Of a stretch of 64,000 nt of DNA, positions 19,049-29,871 are shown in pieces. Below the pieces are notes generated by a model. It was not told where the DNA came from and made no database searches. It saw only the letters and a program-made list of their open reading frames with translations. The position numbers were made by a program, and so were the translations under genes. Source of the stretch: a virus; the IMG/VR virus record IMGVR_UViG_3300009503_000022, positions 46,356-110,355 of that record; one strand, given 5' to 3'. The stretch's first letter is position 1. Every line of letters begins with the position of its first letter.

Positions 19049-20161
19049 CTAAACATATAAATATATAATTTTAGTATATGCTGGTTTTAAATTTTCACAA
19101 ACTTGTTCTACTATTTTCTTAACTATATATTGATAACTTACTAAATATGTAGAGTTTTTATTTGGTTGAGGTTGTCCAACGATCCAATTTATTTTTCCAT
19201 TAATTCTATCTACAGTAAACTCAACTCCTTCTGTATATATATTTGCACCTTGATTTATTGCCACTAATGTTGAAGTTAAATATTGATTATTCAAACTATC
19301 TGATCCTCCATTTTCTTCTGTCTTAACAACTTCTTCATTAACAACATTTCTAGTAGAATCATAAACTTTTAATTTAATCCAATTAATATGCTGTTCTTTA
19401 GAATATATCTTAATACCTGGTTTTGCTCTTGTATTTAATAAATTTCCTTCTACATAATAATGATTTCTATTAGAATCAGTATCTTCCCAATTAGTTCCAT
19501 TCCACACCCATTTTGGATTATTATATACTTTCCAACCTTCTATAGCTTCGTATGGAATAATATCTGGTTCTGTACCTGTAATACTTTTAACTGCAAGTTT
19601 AATTCCTTTATAAGTTGAACCATTTAAAAATGCTGTCCTTAAATCTAAAATTATATTTCTATATTCTTCAAATGTAAAATCTGAAGGCTTTCTTAAATCA
19701 AATAAATATCCAAAATTACTATATAATTGAGCATCTCTTACTTCATCTAAAAATATATCATTTTTAATCCTTAAAAGTTCAATTAACCTATCTAATCTTA
19801 TATCTCCCAATAATTCATAATATAAATAAGTATTTAATGCTATAAATTCATAATCTGCTAATCTATTATCTGCAATATCAGTTAATCTAATTTTAGTAAT
19901 ACCATAATCAACTTTTTTTGTAAAATAAATAGTTCCAATTTCATCTACAATCTTACAAGTAGTAAAATAATCTCCATTAATATAAACTTTTATAAATGTA
20001 TCTGTCCCTTCTACATACAATTCTGGCCAAAAATCTACAAACAAAAATTCCTTTTCTGGCATATAAGGAATAACATTCCAATCTTTATTATAAATATATC
20101 TATTAAGTTTATCTATTAATTGCCAATATAAAGTATTTTTCCCTCTTGTATATAATTGCAT
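19049..20161 (-). CDS. baseplate wedge protein (gpI-like)
   Basis: NFG......E.YR.....AF..GST..GI..AV..ITG...KPAYT; follows baseplate J. Confidence 0.65.
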   Translation of the reverse strand: MQLYTRGKNTLYWQLIDKLNRYIYNKDWNVIPYMPEKEFLFVDFWPELYVEGTDTFIKVYINGDYFTTCKIVDEIGTIYFTKKVDYGITKIRLTDIADNRLADYEFIALNTYLYYELLGDIRLDRLIELLRIKNDIFLDEVRDAQLYSNFGYLFDLRKPSDFTFEEYRNIILDLRTAFLNGSTYKGIKLAVKSITGTEPDIIPYEAIEGWKVYNNPKWVWNGTNWEDTDSNRNHYYVEGNLLNTRAKPGIKIYSKEQHINWIKLKVYDSTRNVVNEEVVKTEENGGSDSLNNQYLTSTLVAINQGANIYTEGVEFTVDRINGKINWIVGQPQPNKNSTYLVSYQYIVKKIVEQVCENLKPAYTKIIYLYV

Positions 20162-20186
20162 AAAACCTCTTTTTTATCGTTTGCAG

Positions 20187-20213
20187 AACGAAGCAGTTTA
20201 TTACTGCTACGTT
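20187..20213. terminator. intergenic hairpin
   Basis: aacg-a-agcagt / actgct-a-cgtt stem; T-run follows on the + strand. Confidence 0.35.
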
Positions 20214-20237
20214 TTTCATTAAATCGTCAATATATTT

Positions 20238-21698
20238 TTATGTAATCACTAAATTATTTAATCTAATATATTCTCTACCTTCTACCTCTATTGTATCTAC
20301 AACATTACTAAGATTACTTCTATTAAATTTATTCATAGGTAAAATAATACTATCTACGCCTTCTATAGTATAAACTAAATCTATAATATCACTTTGTTGT
20401 AAAGATTCCCCTAATTTTAATTTACTTATCTCAGCAGTTAATAAATTAGTTATATCTTGAATTATTGAAGATTTAGAATAACCAGATAAAATACGCAATG
20501 AAAATGAAATATCAATAGGTACTTTTATAGATTGTTTTACCAATACCATCGGATCTGAACCTGCTAATATTTTATATTCATCTTTATCTAACAAATTTTG
20601 AATAATCTCTACATTAGAATTATAATTATATTTTATAGTATAAGGAACTGTCGGCGGATTTGATGCAAAATCAGTCCAATGTATTCTAGCATTAGCCTTA
20701 ATACTTCCTTCGTAAAATTCTATTGAATTAGCTTCAAATAAATATGGAGCTCCACCATGCCCTGTTATAGAAATCAAAGAATCTACAGGTTGCTTTTTCA
20801 ATACATAATATTCAGTAGCTGTATCTACTATCTCAGTTTGTTGAACTATATTCGTTTCAAGAATATATAAATCAATTTTTCCACCATATCCCTCATCTCG
20901 TTTCATAAATTTATCGCCTGCATACGATACATATACATCACTTATATTTGAATTTGCTAAAACTATTTTTTTATAACCATCTTTTGTTCCTATATTATTC
21001 CCTAAATAAACTAATTTAATCCTTTCAATCAAAGTTTCGTCTGTTTCTTCATCGGTAGCATTACTTATTTCATCTTTATTAATTACATAATCGAAACCTT
21101 CTACTGCAGTTTCCATTTTAGTAATTGTCCTTGCAGGTGCATTTGCTTGAATCCCTACATTTACAGATTTAATAGGAACAGGAATACTATATGCATTCAA
21201 ATCAGGATCAAAATAATTCGGTCCTTGAGCTGCAAACATTGTAACATCTGATTGAACCTCATATCTTTGCCCATTCGTTGATGATACTATTGACCCTCTT
21301 AAAATAGTCTTATCACCATCAGAAATTGTCAACACATTATTTCTAACATAATAAATTATTCCTGTAGCTGAAGTAGCCCCTTTTCTTGTTAAATTAAAAT
21401 TTGAAGCATGTTTTTCTAATATAACTTTAATATCATTTCTTACATCATCTACAGAAATTCCATAAGCAAAAGCTACTAAAGATAAATATTCGCTATCTAA
21501 TAACATCTCTGATATTAAATCTAATGATTGACATCGTAATATATAATCAGCAATTACTATTTCTCTTACTAATTCGACACTTTGAGGAGTTATAAAAATA
21601 TCATTTACAGTACTATTAGGATGTAAACTAATATTTTTATTTCTTTCTAATATCTTATTTTTAATATCATTATATATTTGAGAAAAACTCTTTAACAT
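20238..21698 (-). CDS. baseplate J-like protein
   Basis: LTRKGATSATG...G...N......ETDETLIERI...GT..GY...GGKIDLYI. Confidence 0.85.
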   Translation of the reverse strand: MLKSFSQIYNDIKNKILERNKNISLHPNSTVNDIFITPQSVELVREIVIADYILRCQSLDLISEMLLDSEYLSLVAFAYGISVDDVRNDIKVILEKHASNFNLTRKGATSATGIIYYVRNNVLTISDGDKTILRGSIVSSTNGQRYEVQSDVTMFAAQGPNYFDPDLNAYSIPVPIKSVNVGIQANAPARTITKMETAVEGFDYVINKDEISNATDEETDETLIERIKLVYLGNNIGTKDGYKKIVLANSNISDVYVSYAGDKFMKRDEGYGGKIDLYILETNIVQQTEIVDTATEYYVLKKQPVDSLISITGHGGAPYLFEANSIEFYEGSIKANARIHWTDFASNPPTVPYTIKYNYNSNVEIIQNLLDKDEYKILAGSDPMVLVKQSIKVPIDISFSLRILSGYSKSSIIQDITNLLTAEISKLKLGESLQQSDIIDLVYTIEGVDSIILPMNKFNRSNLSNVVDTIEVEGREYIRLNNLVIT

Positions 21699-21701
21699 AT
21701 T

Positions 21702-22127
21702 TTATCCTCCAAGTGTTATAATCAATGTTTCACCAACTTTATTTATAACTTCTATTCTTATAAATACTTTTCTCGGATCTACAGGATCTATATTTACATC
21801 TATACTTTTAATTTGATCTATTTTTTCATCTAAATCTGTAGTATCATCAATTTCATTTAAATAAGTAAATGCATATATTATACCATTAACAATATTTTTT
21901 CTTACACTAGTATTATCTATCTTTTGATTAATCAAACTTTGTAAATTACTACCATAACCAGGAAATACCTTATTTTCACCTTCCCTAGTAAGTAATATTT
22001 TAGCCATATTTTGCTTTAATTTGCTCGCTCCACTAAGCATTACAAAATCACCATTTTCATAAGTTATATCATTAAAAGTACCATAATATTTATTTTCTGC
22101 TGTACCTAATATCTTCAAATCTTTCAT
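21702..22127 (-). CDS. baseplate wedge / sheath initiator (gp25/gpW-like)
   Basis: KILLT..GE....PGYGS.L signature. Confidence 0.8.
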   Translation of the reverse strand: MKDLKILGTAENKYYGTFNDITYENGDFVMLSGASKLKQNMAKILLTREGENKVFPGYGSNLQSLINQKIDNTSVRKNIVNGIIYAFTYLNEIDDTTDLDEKIDQIKSIDVNIDPVDPRKVFIRIEVINKVGETLIITLGG

Positions 22128-22657
22128 ACTATACTCTCTAATATAAATAAAATATTATCTATTCTTCTAAATAAATCGGTTAAAAACGAAGACTTTAATT
22201 CTAACTTCTTTTGCATATTAACTACTTGCTCATATCTATAATTTAACTCTGTCATTTCTGAAACAGTTTGCAAAGCTTCATTTGTCAAATAAGGTATCGT
22301 ATAATTTAATTCACTATCTTGAACTAAAATATCAGAAGTTAATATAGAATTAATTGTTTGAACATCAGACATTGTCGTATAACTTTGCAATTGTTCTGAT
22401 AATATCTTTTTAGTATCATCATTCGCAATCATCAATTCGTTAATTTCTTGCATTCGAGTTCTAATTTCATCTTTTAAATTTAATATTGCTTTTTTTAAAT
22501 TATCCCTATTTTCTTTACTGATTTTTTCTTTTAAAATATTATATGTATCACTTTTTTTTAATTCTGTTTTAATTTCTTCAGAAAAATCTAATTCATTATC
22601 TACATAATACGCACTATTCATCAAATTCCAAATTTCTTCTCTTCTTAATAATGCCAT
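22124..22657 (-). CDS. hypothetical helical protein in baseplate module
   Basis: Tightly packed ORF. Confidence 0.55.
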   Translation of the reverse strand: MALLRREEIWNLMNSAYYVDNELDFSEEIKTELKKSDTYNILKEKISKENRDNLKKAILNLKDEIRTRMQEINELMIANDDTKKILSEQLQSYTTMSDVQTINSILTSDILVQDSELNYTIPYLTNEALQTVSEMTELNYRYEQVVNMQKKLELKSSFLTDLFRRIDNILFILESIV

Positions 22658-22658
22658 T

Positions 22659-23339
22659 TTATGATGCTCCTTTTATAGTACTACTACCAGTTATAGGCTT
22701 ACCTGTAACTGGACAAATAGGAAAAGTACCATAAGGTCCTGAAGTCACTATATCTCCAAATAATTTTCGCTTATTTTCATCATTAGCATTTTTCCCTAAA
22801 TATATTGTTTGACTATCAATATACGTATTGCCATCTTTATCAATTACAATTTTTGCTTTTATTTCTTTTGTTCTTGGATCTTTTTTGGTAATTTCATATT
22901 CCCCTGATTTTGTATGTCTTATCTCTAATCCATTAAAAGTCTGAAATAATATCTCAGTTGCTTGAATAAGAATTTGAAACTTTTTCCTTATTATCTTAAA
23001 AATATTTCTCATACCACCATCAACAATAGAAACGTCCCCATTATTATTTAAATAAATATAACCGCCACCTTCTGATTGAATTTGTATTTCTCCAGGAAGT
23101 AATCTTCCAGAATTCTTTCTTAATAAATCTGGATTATTTTCCCATATTTTAATTATCTTAGTAACATTCATCCCATATCTAACAAATAACACTAAAGATC
23201 CTATCTTAGGCATTACTTGCAACGATAATGGATTATCTAATTCAACGGGTATATTACTCCCACTTTCAAATGAATTTACATAAACAACATTATTTTTATC
23301 ATCTACATTAATTATTCTACCTAATTGAAAATCTAACAT
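22659..23339 (-). CDS. baseplate central spike (gpV/gp5-like)
   Basis: N-terminal OB-like segment (MPKIGSLVL), beta-rich middle, C-terminal CPVTG; position after hub. Confidence 0.65.
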   Translation of the reverse strand: MLDFQLGRIINVDDKNNVVYVNSFESGSNIPVELDNPLSLQVMPKIGSLVLFVRYGMNVTKIIKIWENNPDLLRKNSGRLLPGEIQIQSEGGGYIYLNNNGDVSIVDGGMRNIFKIIRKKFQILIQATEILFQTFNGLEIRHTKSGEYEITKKDPRTKEIKAKIVIDKDGNTYIDSQTIYLGKNANDENKRKLFGDIVTSGPYGTFPICPVTGKPITGSSTIKGAS

Positions 23340-23340
23340 T

Positions 23341-26300
23341 TTATTTTTTCTCCACTCCTTCTATATGATAATAATAATCGTATCTTGCCCAAGCAATATC
23401 GTCTCTAGTAAAAACATTATTTTTAGGAAATCTATCAAATATATATTTACCTAATAATCTCTCACCATTTAACATTGATAATAATTTAGTAAAATCTGTA
23501 AAAAATTTAGGCTTTAAATTAATATGTCCATTATCAATCATTCTAAAATTTAAAAATTGAATATCTACAGCATTACCTTTAAAATGAGCATCGGCAGAAT
23601 CTTTTGATGTCTCTTTTTTATTTGTATATATTATTTGACGATTTTCTTCTGGTGTTCTAAATCCCCAAACTATACTACCAATATCAAACAATTTTTCTAA
23701 ATCAAATATTAAACTATCTGTATAAAATCTTATCGTATCTTTAATTCTATTAAATGCTACTTCTACTCCATTTTTATCTTGCAAATATTTTGGTTTACCT
23801 TGTTCATCTTTAGTTAAAAAATATATTGAATTTTCTTTAATTTCAGCAAAATATTCCCCACCTTCTAATTCAAATATCTTCTTTTCTGCATACGGACCTC
23901 TAAGATAAATCCACCCTTTAGGAGCCCAAAATCTTCTAACTCTTCTTTCTTCTATTAACCATTCTTGTGAATCAATCTCGAACCACGAATTACTAAATAT
24001 CAAATTAGTATTATCAAAATTAAAATAAGTATAACTTTTATCAAGACGCCCTGTAACCTCTTCACCAAAACTTTCCATCCATTTTCTAATACGCCAATTA
24101 TAAAATTTAAAACTTAAATCTATTAAAGTTAACCCATTAATTAAACTTTGAGTAACAAAAGACGCATTTCCTGCTGCAGGTGAATCAAAAATACCAACCC
24201 TAAATTTAGTTTTAAGATAACTACTATCAGAAAATTCTTTAAAATCAGAAAATCCTAATTCTTTAATCTGATTATCGTCTATAACTATTGGTCTATAATC
24301 AAACATAATATCAAATATTTTTATTTTATGATTTGTATATCCTGACTTCTCAGTTGTTGGTCTAGGAAGACTAAAAGCATAATAATCATCTAATTCTTTT
24401 GCAATCTCTAATCTATCTTTATTAATAGCTATTTGTGACAATGTTTCACTGCTTAAAACAGGTTTAGACTCTTCTATTTCAGTTTGCTTTTTTCTAGAAT
24501 CAGATTCAACTTCATATATAACATCTAAAATAGTTGGTATTATAGAAAAATATATTACATCTTTATCAATATTTCTTTCTAAAAATTTTTTAGCTTCTGA
24601 AATTCTATCTTTTTTATTTTTTTCTTTATTTAATAATTCTAAACGATTTACATTACTTTGACTTAATATCTTCTCTTTATAAATTGAATATATCATATCA
24701 TAATCGTTATCTTTTGCTGTCTGAAGAAATTCTTTAACCGCTTTTCGCTCAACTCTTCTTACATATATAAATTTTAAAATATTTGTAGAAACTTTTCCAT
24801 AACCAAACGTTGTTTCTATCGAATTTAAATAACCAACAAATTTATCTTTCTCAGAATCGTCATTTAATTCAATATAATATAATCTTCCAATTTCGTATGT
24901 TCTAGTATTAGGAACTGATATATTTATTTGCCTTGTAAAAGCATTTTGCCTATATAATATCATTGCTGAATATATAGACGCTAACCATCTATTAATAACA
25001 TTTGGATTAGAAGTCGGTTCTCTCACTCTTAATCCATATTTAAATAATATATTAGCATCTGTATACCAACCTCCAATCATTCCAACTTCACCAAAAAATG
25101 GATACATAAATTTTGCATCACATCTAGTCGCTAAATCAATATCATTCCTATGATAAGCCTCATCAAGTATATCTTCTTTCTTTATAACAAAATCTCCTTC
25201 TGGAATATTACCATTTTCTGGTAAATCTATTTCTAATTCATTATATTTCTGAGGTCTACATATTATTTGACCTTTCCTGTTTTCAAAAATATCATAAAAA
25301 GCTACTTCTCTTACAGTTCTCAATATATCAATCGGTTTTGCCATTTGAGTATAAAAAGTCTCAAATCCTCTTGCTACCATTTCGTTGTAAGTTTTATGTT
25401 CTCCATGCTCAAGAATAGCTAAAGTTTTCTTTATTTCTTCATTAGCCTTAGAATCATCACTAAATTTAACATCATCTAATTGTCTTACTAGATAAAATGC
25501 ATAAAGTAATAAAAATGAGCTTCTAAAATCTTTAATACTTTTTAGCCTATCAACATTAAACTCAAAACGTATTTTTTCTAATTTAGTTCTTATTTCCTCT
25601 AACCTTTTATTATACTCAGTAGTCAAACCTTCTATTTTCTTTTCTTTACTCCCAGATATAGTTTCTTCTAATTCTCTTATTTTTGTTTTATATTCTTCAA
25701 TAACCCTTTCTTTTTTAGATAATTGTTCTTCTTCATCGAGAGTTAACGAAATTTTTGATTTTAAAGGTGCTATTTCTTTATTAATATCATCTAATTTTGT
25801 TCTTATCTTTCTCAACTCGTCATTATTTTCATCTAATTTCTTTTTTATTTCTTCTAATTTACTATCTACATTTACTGCCTTTAAACATAACACATCTTCC
25901 ATTATCGTACTAAATATCTGACCTGTATTCAAATTATTCCAATTATCTTGATATACAGGAACACCTGGTGTTGTTATTTCAATACCTTCATCAAACATTT
26001 TATTATATATTGCTTGCTTTTGCACAACATTTGACAACCCAAAAAACTTATTAATCCCATATACAGTAATATCTATATCAGGAACAGTTCCATAACTTTT
26101 AGAATAACTTATAGTTCCTATAAAACCTATATATTCAGTAATCCAATTTTCTGTAAACCCTCTATCAACTCTAACTTCTATTATTTGATTTTCACATAAA
26201 AAATCTTTTATTTTCTTTGTTGTAATAAGACCATTACTATATTCTCTATCAAACTCACTTGATTGACTAATTCTAAATCCAATAGAATTACTAAATTCTT

Positions 26301-26610
26301 CTAAACTATTTTCAAATCCTGTAATAATTTTAACATTCTTAGTAATATCTATTCCTTCTAATAACTTAATTCTTCCTTCTGATATCGCTTTAATTAAACT
26401 TTCTTTAAATTCCCTTATAGTTTTCGTCCAATTATCTTTATATTTTTCTACACTTTCTTGTAAAAATTTCCAATGAAGTTTACTATTAACATTAAAATAA
26501 TCAACAGGATCAGTATATCTAATATCAGTTCCTTCTACTAATTCCTTCGCATTAGTAAAATCTAAAGAATATAAAATTATTTTATAATTTACTTTAATAT
26601 CTACTGGCAT
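23341..26610 (-). CDS. baseplate hub with coiled-coil insert and C-terminal M15-type peptidase
   Basis: FE...GQIICRP, KYGLR hub motifs; FRTPEEN...HFKGNAVDI...YHIE. Confidence 0.7.
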   Translation of the reverse strand: MPVDIKVNYKIILYSLDFTNAKELVEGTDIRYTDPVDYFNVNSKLHWKFLQESVEKYKDNWTKTIREFKESLIKAISEGRIKLLEGIDITKNVKIITGFENSLEEFSNSIGFRISQSSEFDREYSNGLITTKKIKDFLCENQIIEVRVDRGFTENWITEYIGFIGTISYSKSYGTVPDIDITVYGINKFFGLSNVVQKQAIYNKMFDEGIEITTPGVPVYQDNWNNLNTGQIFSTIMEDVLCLKAVNVDSKLEEIKKKLDENNDELRKIRTKLDDINKEIAPLKSKISLTLDEEEQLSKKERVIEEYKTKIRELEETISGSKEKKIEGLTTEYNKRLEEIRTKLEKIRFEFNVDRLKSIKDFRSSFLLLYAFYLVRQLDDVKFSDDSKANEEIKKTLAILEHGEHKTYNEMVARGFETFYTQMAKPIDILRTVREVAFYDIFENRKGQIICRPQKYNELEIDLPENGNIPEGDFVIKKEDILDEAYHRNDIDLATRCDAKFMYPFFGEVGMIGGWYTDANILFKYGLRVREPTSNPNVINRWLASIYSAMILYRQNAFTRQINISVPNTRTYEIGRLYYIELNDDSEKDKFVGYLNSIETTFGYGKVSTNILKFIYVRRVERKAVKEFLQTAKDNDYDMIYSIYKEKILSQSNVNRLELLNKEKNKKDRISEAKKFLERNIDKDVIYFSIIPTILDVIYEVESDSRKKQTEIEESKPVLSSETLSQIAINKDRLEIAKELDDYYAFSLPRPTTEKSGYTNHKIKIFDIMFDYRPIVIDDNQIKELGFSDFKEFSDSSYLKTKFRVGIFDSPAAGNASFVTQSLINGLTLIDLSFKFYNWRIRKWMESFGEEVTGRLDKSYTYFNFDNTNLIFSNSWFEIDSQEWLIEERRVRRFWAPKGWIYLRGPYAEKKIFELEGGEYFAEIKENSIYFLTKDEQGKPKYLQDKNGVEVAFNRIKDTIRFYTDSLIFDLEKLFDIGSIVWGFRTPEENRQIIYTNKKETSKDSADAHFKGNAVDIQFLNFRMIDNGHINLKPKFFTDFTKLLSMLNGERLLGKYIFDRFPKNNVFTRDDIAWARYDYYYHIEGVEKK

Positions 26611-26611
26611 T

Positions 26612-27247
26612 TTATTTTACTCGTTTCTTATCTTGACTAGCACCTTCTTTACCTTCTTCATTAGAATGTTTCATATCAGATGCACCTATAAAAGTTAAAT
26701 CATAATCTAATATATACGGTTTTGATACATCTTCACCAAAATCTAATTTAGAAAAATAACCAAAAAACCTATCAGTATCATTAGGATTATTAACTATTTC
26801 TAATAATAATAATCTTCGATTACCTGTTATTTCCATTAAATTATTTTTAAATATTTTATATAATTCATCTATATCTGCATCAGCATTAGCGATATAAGGA
26901 TACGCTCCAATATAAGAACTACCAGTTATTGATATTTCGACTGGTTTAATATACCAAGGTTGAATAAAAGCAACTGAAATACCAAACTCAACTGTTATAT
27001 CAGCCGAATATGATAATTTAATACTTTTTACTTCTTTAAGTTCTAAAACTATTAAATCTTTTGTAAGCTCTCCAGGCAATGTTCTTAACGTAGAACTCGG
27101 AACTACAGGAAAAAATTTTTCAAACATTTCTCTTTTTTTAGTTTCTAATTGATAATTTTCTACAGATTTTTTAAAAGCTTCATCTTCTTTAGAAGCTTTA
27201 TTTACAATTATCCGCACTGTCCTATCTTTTAAACTTAATAATGACAT
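26612..27247 (-). CDS. tail tube initiator / baseplate protein
   Basis: Follows tape measure; ISITG...F.GYF....F.E....PY..DY.LTF. Confidence 0.6.
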   Translation of the reverse strand: MSLLSLKDRTVRIIVNKASKEDEAFKKSVENYQLETKKREMFEKFFPVVPSSTLRTLPGELTKDLIVLELKEVKSIKLSYSADITVEFGISVAFIQPWYIKPVEISITGSSYIGAYPYIANADADIDELYKIFKNNLMEITGNRRLLLLEIVNNPNDTDRFFGYFSKLDFGEDVSKPYILDYDLTFIGASDMKHSNEEGKEGASQDKKRVK

Positions 27248-27257
27248 TTTTATCTCC

Positions 27258-29144
27258 CTATTTTACCCAAAGTCTTCTTAACTGCACACTAGCCATTGCT
27301 GAAGGATCCGATCCTGAAAGCATTCGTTGAAATGATTTCTGTTGCTCTCTTATTTCCGCACTTCCTCCTCTAAAAATACCCGTAATATCTAAAATTTTAG
27401 CAGCAAAAGTAAACCAAGATTTTAAAAATATTTGAACTAAATTTGTCAAAAATTGAATAGGATTTTCAAATCGTTGTAAATTCCCTCCAATTGTTTCTAA
27501 TTCTCTTCTTTGCGCTTCAGGTATTTTTGTAAGAAATGCTGTCCATTGCTGATCTGAAGGTAAATTTGCTATTTGCTCTCTATCTACTTCACTAATACGC
27601 ATCATAGCTTCTGCTAACCTATAACCTGCGGCTCCCATTTCTCTTAATTCTGGTATTAATAATGCTAATCTTCCTGCCATTGCTTCTGGTGAAGTAGCTC
27701 CTGAAACTTCTCTAAATAATCTATCTCTTGCGGCAATCATTTTTTGTATAGGTGTTGCACTCACTGCTTCAGCCCAAGCTTCTCCAATATCTTTTATTGG
27801 TTTATCTACATAAGCTAAATAAGCTTCAGGAGTAATTTTTGCAAATGTTTGCAAACCAACAGTCATCATTTGAGTAAAATTGGATTGAAATTTTTTAGTC
27901 CAAAATACACTAGATGACAATTCTTTATGTGTAATATATAATGTTTTAGCCCAAGAAATTGTATCGGCTGTTATTCCTTTAAATCTTACATCTGTATATC
28001 TTAAATCTTCACCTAATCCTTCTAATAATTTAGTTAAATCTTCAGCATGTATTCCCATCCTTTCTGCTGATCTTGCCATAATTTGAAATTGATCCCCTAA
28101 TTGTTCTATAGGAATAGCATACATTACACCTAATCTTGTCGCTGATTTAATTGCTGCCTCAGCACTCATTCCTAATCCTGATGCGACATACGTCAATTTT
28201 TCTACAGTACTTATTATAGTACGGGCTCTATCAGTTTCTGCTTCGATCCCTCCTCTAGATACATCTTCATAAGTTTTTCCTATTTGATATAAACCTGCAA
28301 TATATTCATCAACCGCTGTATTTACATATCTTTGCATTTCATCAAAAGAAACTCCAGCTTTTGCTGCTGCTATACTTAAATCACTTATTACTGCAAGATT
28401 AGATATATAATTATTAGTTAATAACCCTCCTGTTCTTATTAATAATCTTGCCCCTCTTGCACTTTCAGCAAAACTTCTAATAAGACCTTCCATTAACATA
28501 GCAACAAGTGCTACCCATCCACCATATTTTAACATAGTAGCACTTTGCACTCCAAAAGTTTTAGTAAAAAATGCATCAGCATCTGCTCTCATTTGTTCCC
28601 ATCTAATCCTTGCTAATTTTACTATTCCACCTTGACCTTCGACAATTGCTGCTTTTTCTTTTAATTGTGCTTTTAATAAATCATATTCTTTTCTTCTTTG
28701 ATATGCTTTAACAAGAAGATCTTCCTTTCTTAAATCAACTTCTTTTCCTTTTAATAACTCTTTACTTCTATATATTTCCTTTTCTATTCCCTTTAATTCA
28801 CTAGATGTCTTTAATCCCAATTTTTCTCTAATTAAATCTAATTGAACACTAGTACTTACACCCATCTCTATAAGTCTATCATACGCTGCAGTTAACATAC
28901 TAACATATCTCGCATCATCACGATGTTTTTCTTCTAATCTCTTATAAACATCAATTAATGTTCTATAATTCTTAATACTAGGCTCAACCTGATAAGTTAA
29001 TTCACGAAATCTATCTGCTAAACCAATTATATCTGTTCCTGTTTTCTCTACATTTTTAGAAAATATTTTTATTTTTGGTTCTAACTCATCGAATTCTTTA
29101 CCTGCTAATGCAAACAATGCAGCGATTTGCTCTGGGGTTGGCAT
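27258..29144 (-). CDS. tape measure protein
   Basis: Ala-rich helical protein directly after the frameshifted tail chaperone. Confidence 0.7.
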   Translation of the reverse strand: MPTPEQIAALFALAGKEFDELEPKIKIFSKNVEKTGTDIIGLADRFRELTYQVEPSIKNYRTLIDVYKRLEEKHRDDARYVSMLTAAYDRLIEMGVSTSVQLDLIREKLGLKTSSELKGIEKEIYRSKELLKGKEVDLRKEDLLVKAYQRRKEYDLLKAQLKEKAAIVEGQGGIVKLARIRWEQMRADADAFFTKTFGVQSATMLKYGGWVALVAMLMEGLIRSFAESARGARLLIRTGGLLTNNYISNLAVISDLSIAAAKAGVSFDEMQRYVNTAVDEYIAGLYQIGKTYEDVSRGGIEAETDRARTIISTVEKLTYVASGLGMSAEAAIKSATRLGVMYAIPIEQLGDQFQIMARSAERMGIHAEDLTKLLEGLGEDLRYTDVRFKGITADTISWAKTLYITHKELSSSVFWTKKFQSNFTQMMTVGLQTFAKITPEAYLAYVDKPIKDIGEAWAEAVSATPIQKMIAARDRLFREVSGATSPEAMAGRLALLIPELREMGAAGYRLAEAMMRISEVDREQIANLPSDQQWTAFLTKIPEAQRRELETIGGNLQRFENPIQFLTNLVQIFLKSWFTFAAKILDITGIFRGGSAEIREQQKSFQRMLSGSDPSAMASVQLRRLWVK

Positions 29145-29853
29145 TATTTCTTCCTCCTAAAATCTTCCTTTACTGCTTTTATAAAATCTTCATCATCACC
29201 TGGTGCTTCAAAAATTGTTTTACTTTCTTTACCTGCGTTATCTAAATTCTTAAAATCTTCATACAAATTATAGTAATACCAAAATGCTTGAATAGGTTCT
29301 AATTCTTGAAAATCTTTATTAGATGGAAGTATATTAGCATGTTTAATTATAGTCCAATAAAATTTACTTATTGGATTATCTATTATTTTTTTTTTAATTC
29401 TTCATTTTCTAGTAATTCATATTGTTCTGATATTAATTTATTATATTCTAACCATAATCTATCGACAATAGTTTCTTGAGCTTTATCTAAATATTCTGCT
29501 AATCTCTTTTTATCTTCATCACTATTAAAAACAACATCATTAATCTTAACTATAGATGCACTTAAAATAGGTATTTTTATTGCTTCAATATATTCCGTCA
29601 TAGAAATACTAGGATCAAACTTAACAGAACTAGTTGCTTTATTTCTTTCTTTATTTGTTAAAGTTTTCATAGTTATTGTAAAATCTTTTCCAATTTTAAT
29701 TTCTTTTTGTATAGAAGCAAATTTTATAAACTTTTCAATATTAACTATCACATCTCCACTATCACTTTTAACTCTAAATTCGGATATATTATCATCATCT
29801 TTCTTTATTTTAAATTCTGCTATATTTTCGTTTTTCTTTCCTTCTTCATTCAT
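29144..29853 (-). CDS. tail assembly chaperone G-T fusion via -1 frameshift (~236 aa)
   Basis: A10 run before the stop at 29383; -1 frame is open (IIDNPISKFYWTIIKH...DFRRKK) to a TAA overlapping the tape-measure ATG. Confidence 0.8.
29383..29853 (-). CDS. tail assembly chaperone
   Basis: Between tube and tape measure; slippery 3' end. Confidence 0.75.
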   Translation of the reverse strand: MNEEGKKNENIAEFKIKKDDDNISEFRVKSDSGDVIVNIEKFIKFASIQKEIKIGKDFTITMKTLTNKERNKATSSVKFDPSISMTEYIEAIKIPILSASIVKINDVVFNSDEDKKRLAEYLDKAQETIVDRLWLEYNKLISEQYELLENEELKKK

Positions 29854-29871
29854 ATTTTCCTCCTTTTAAAT

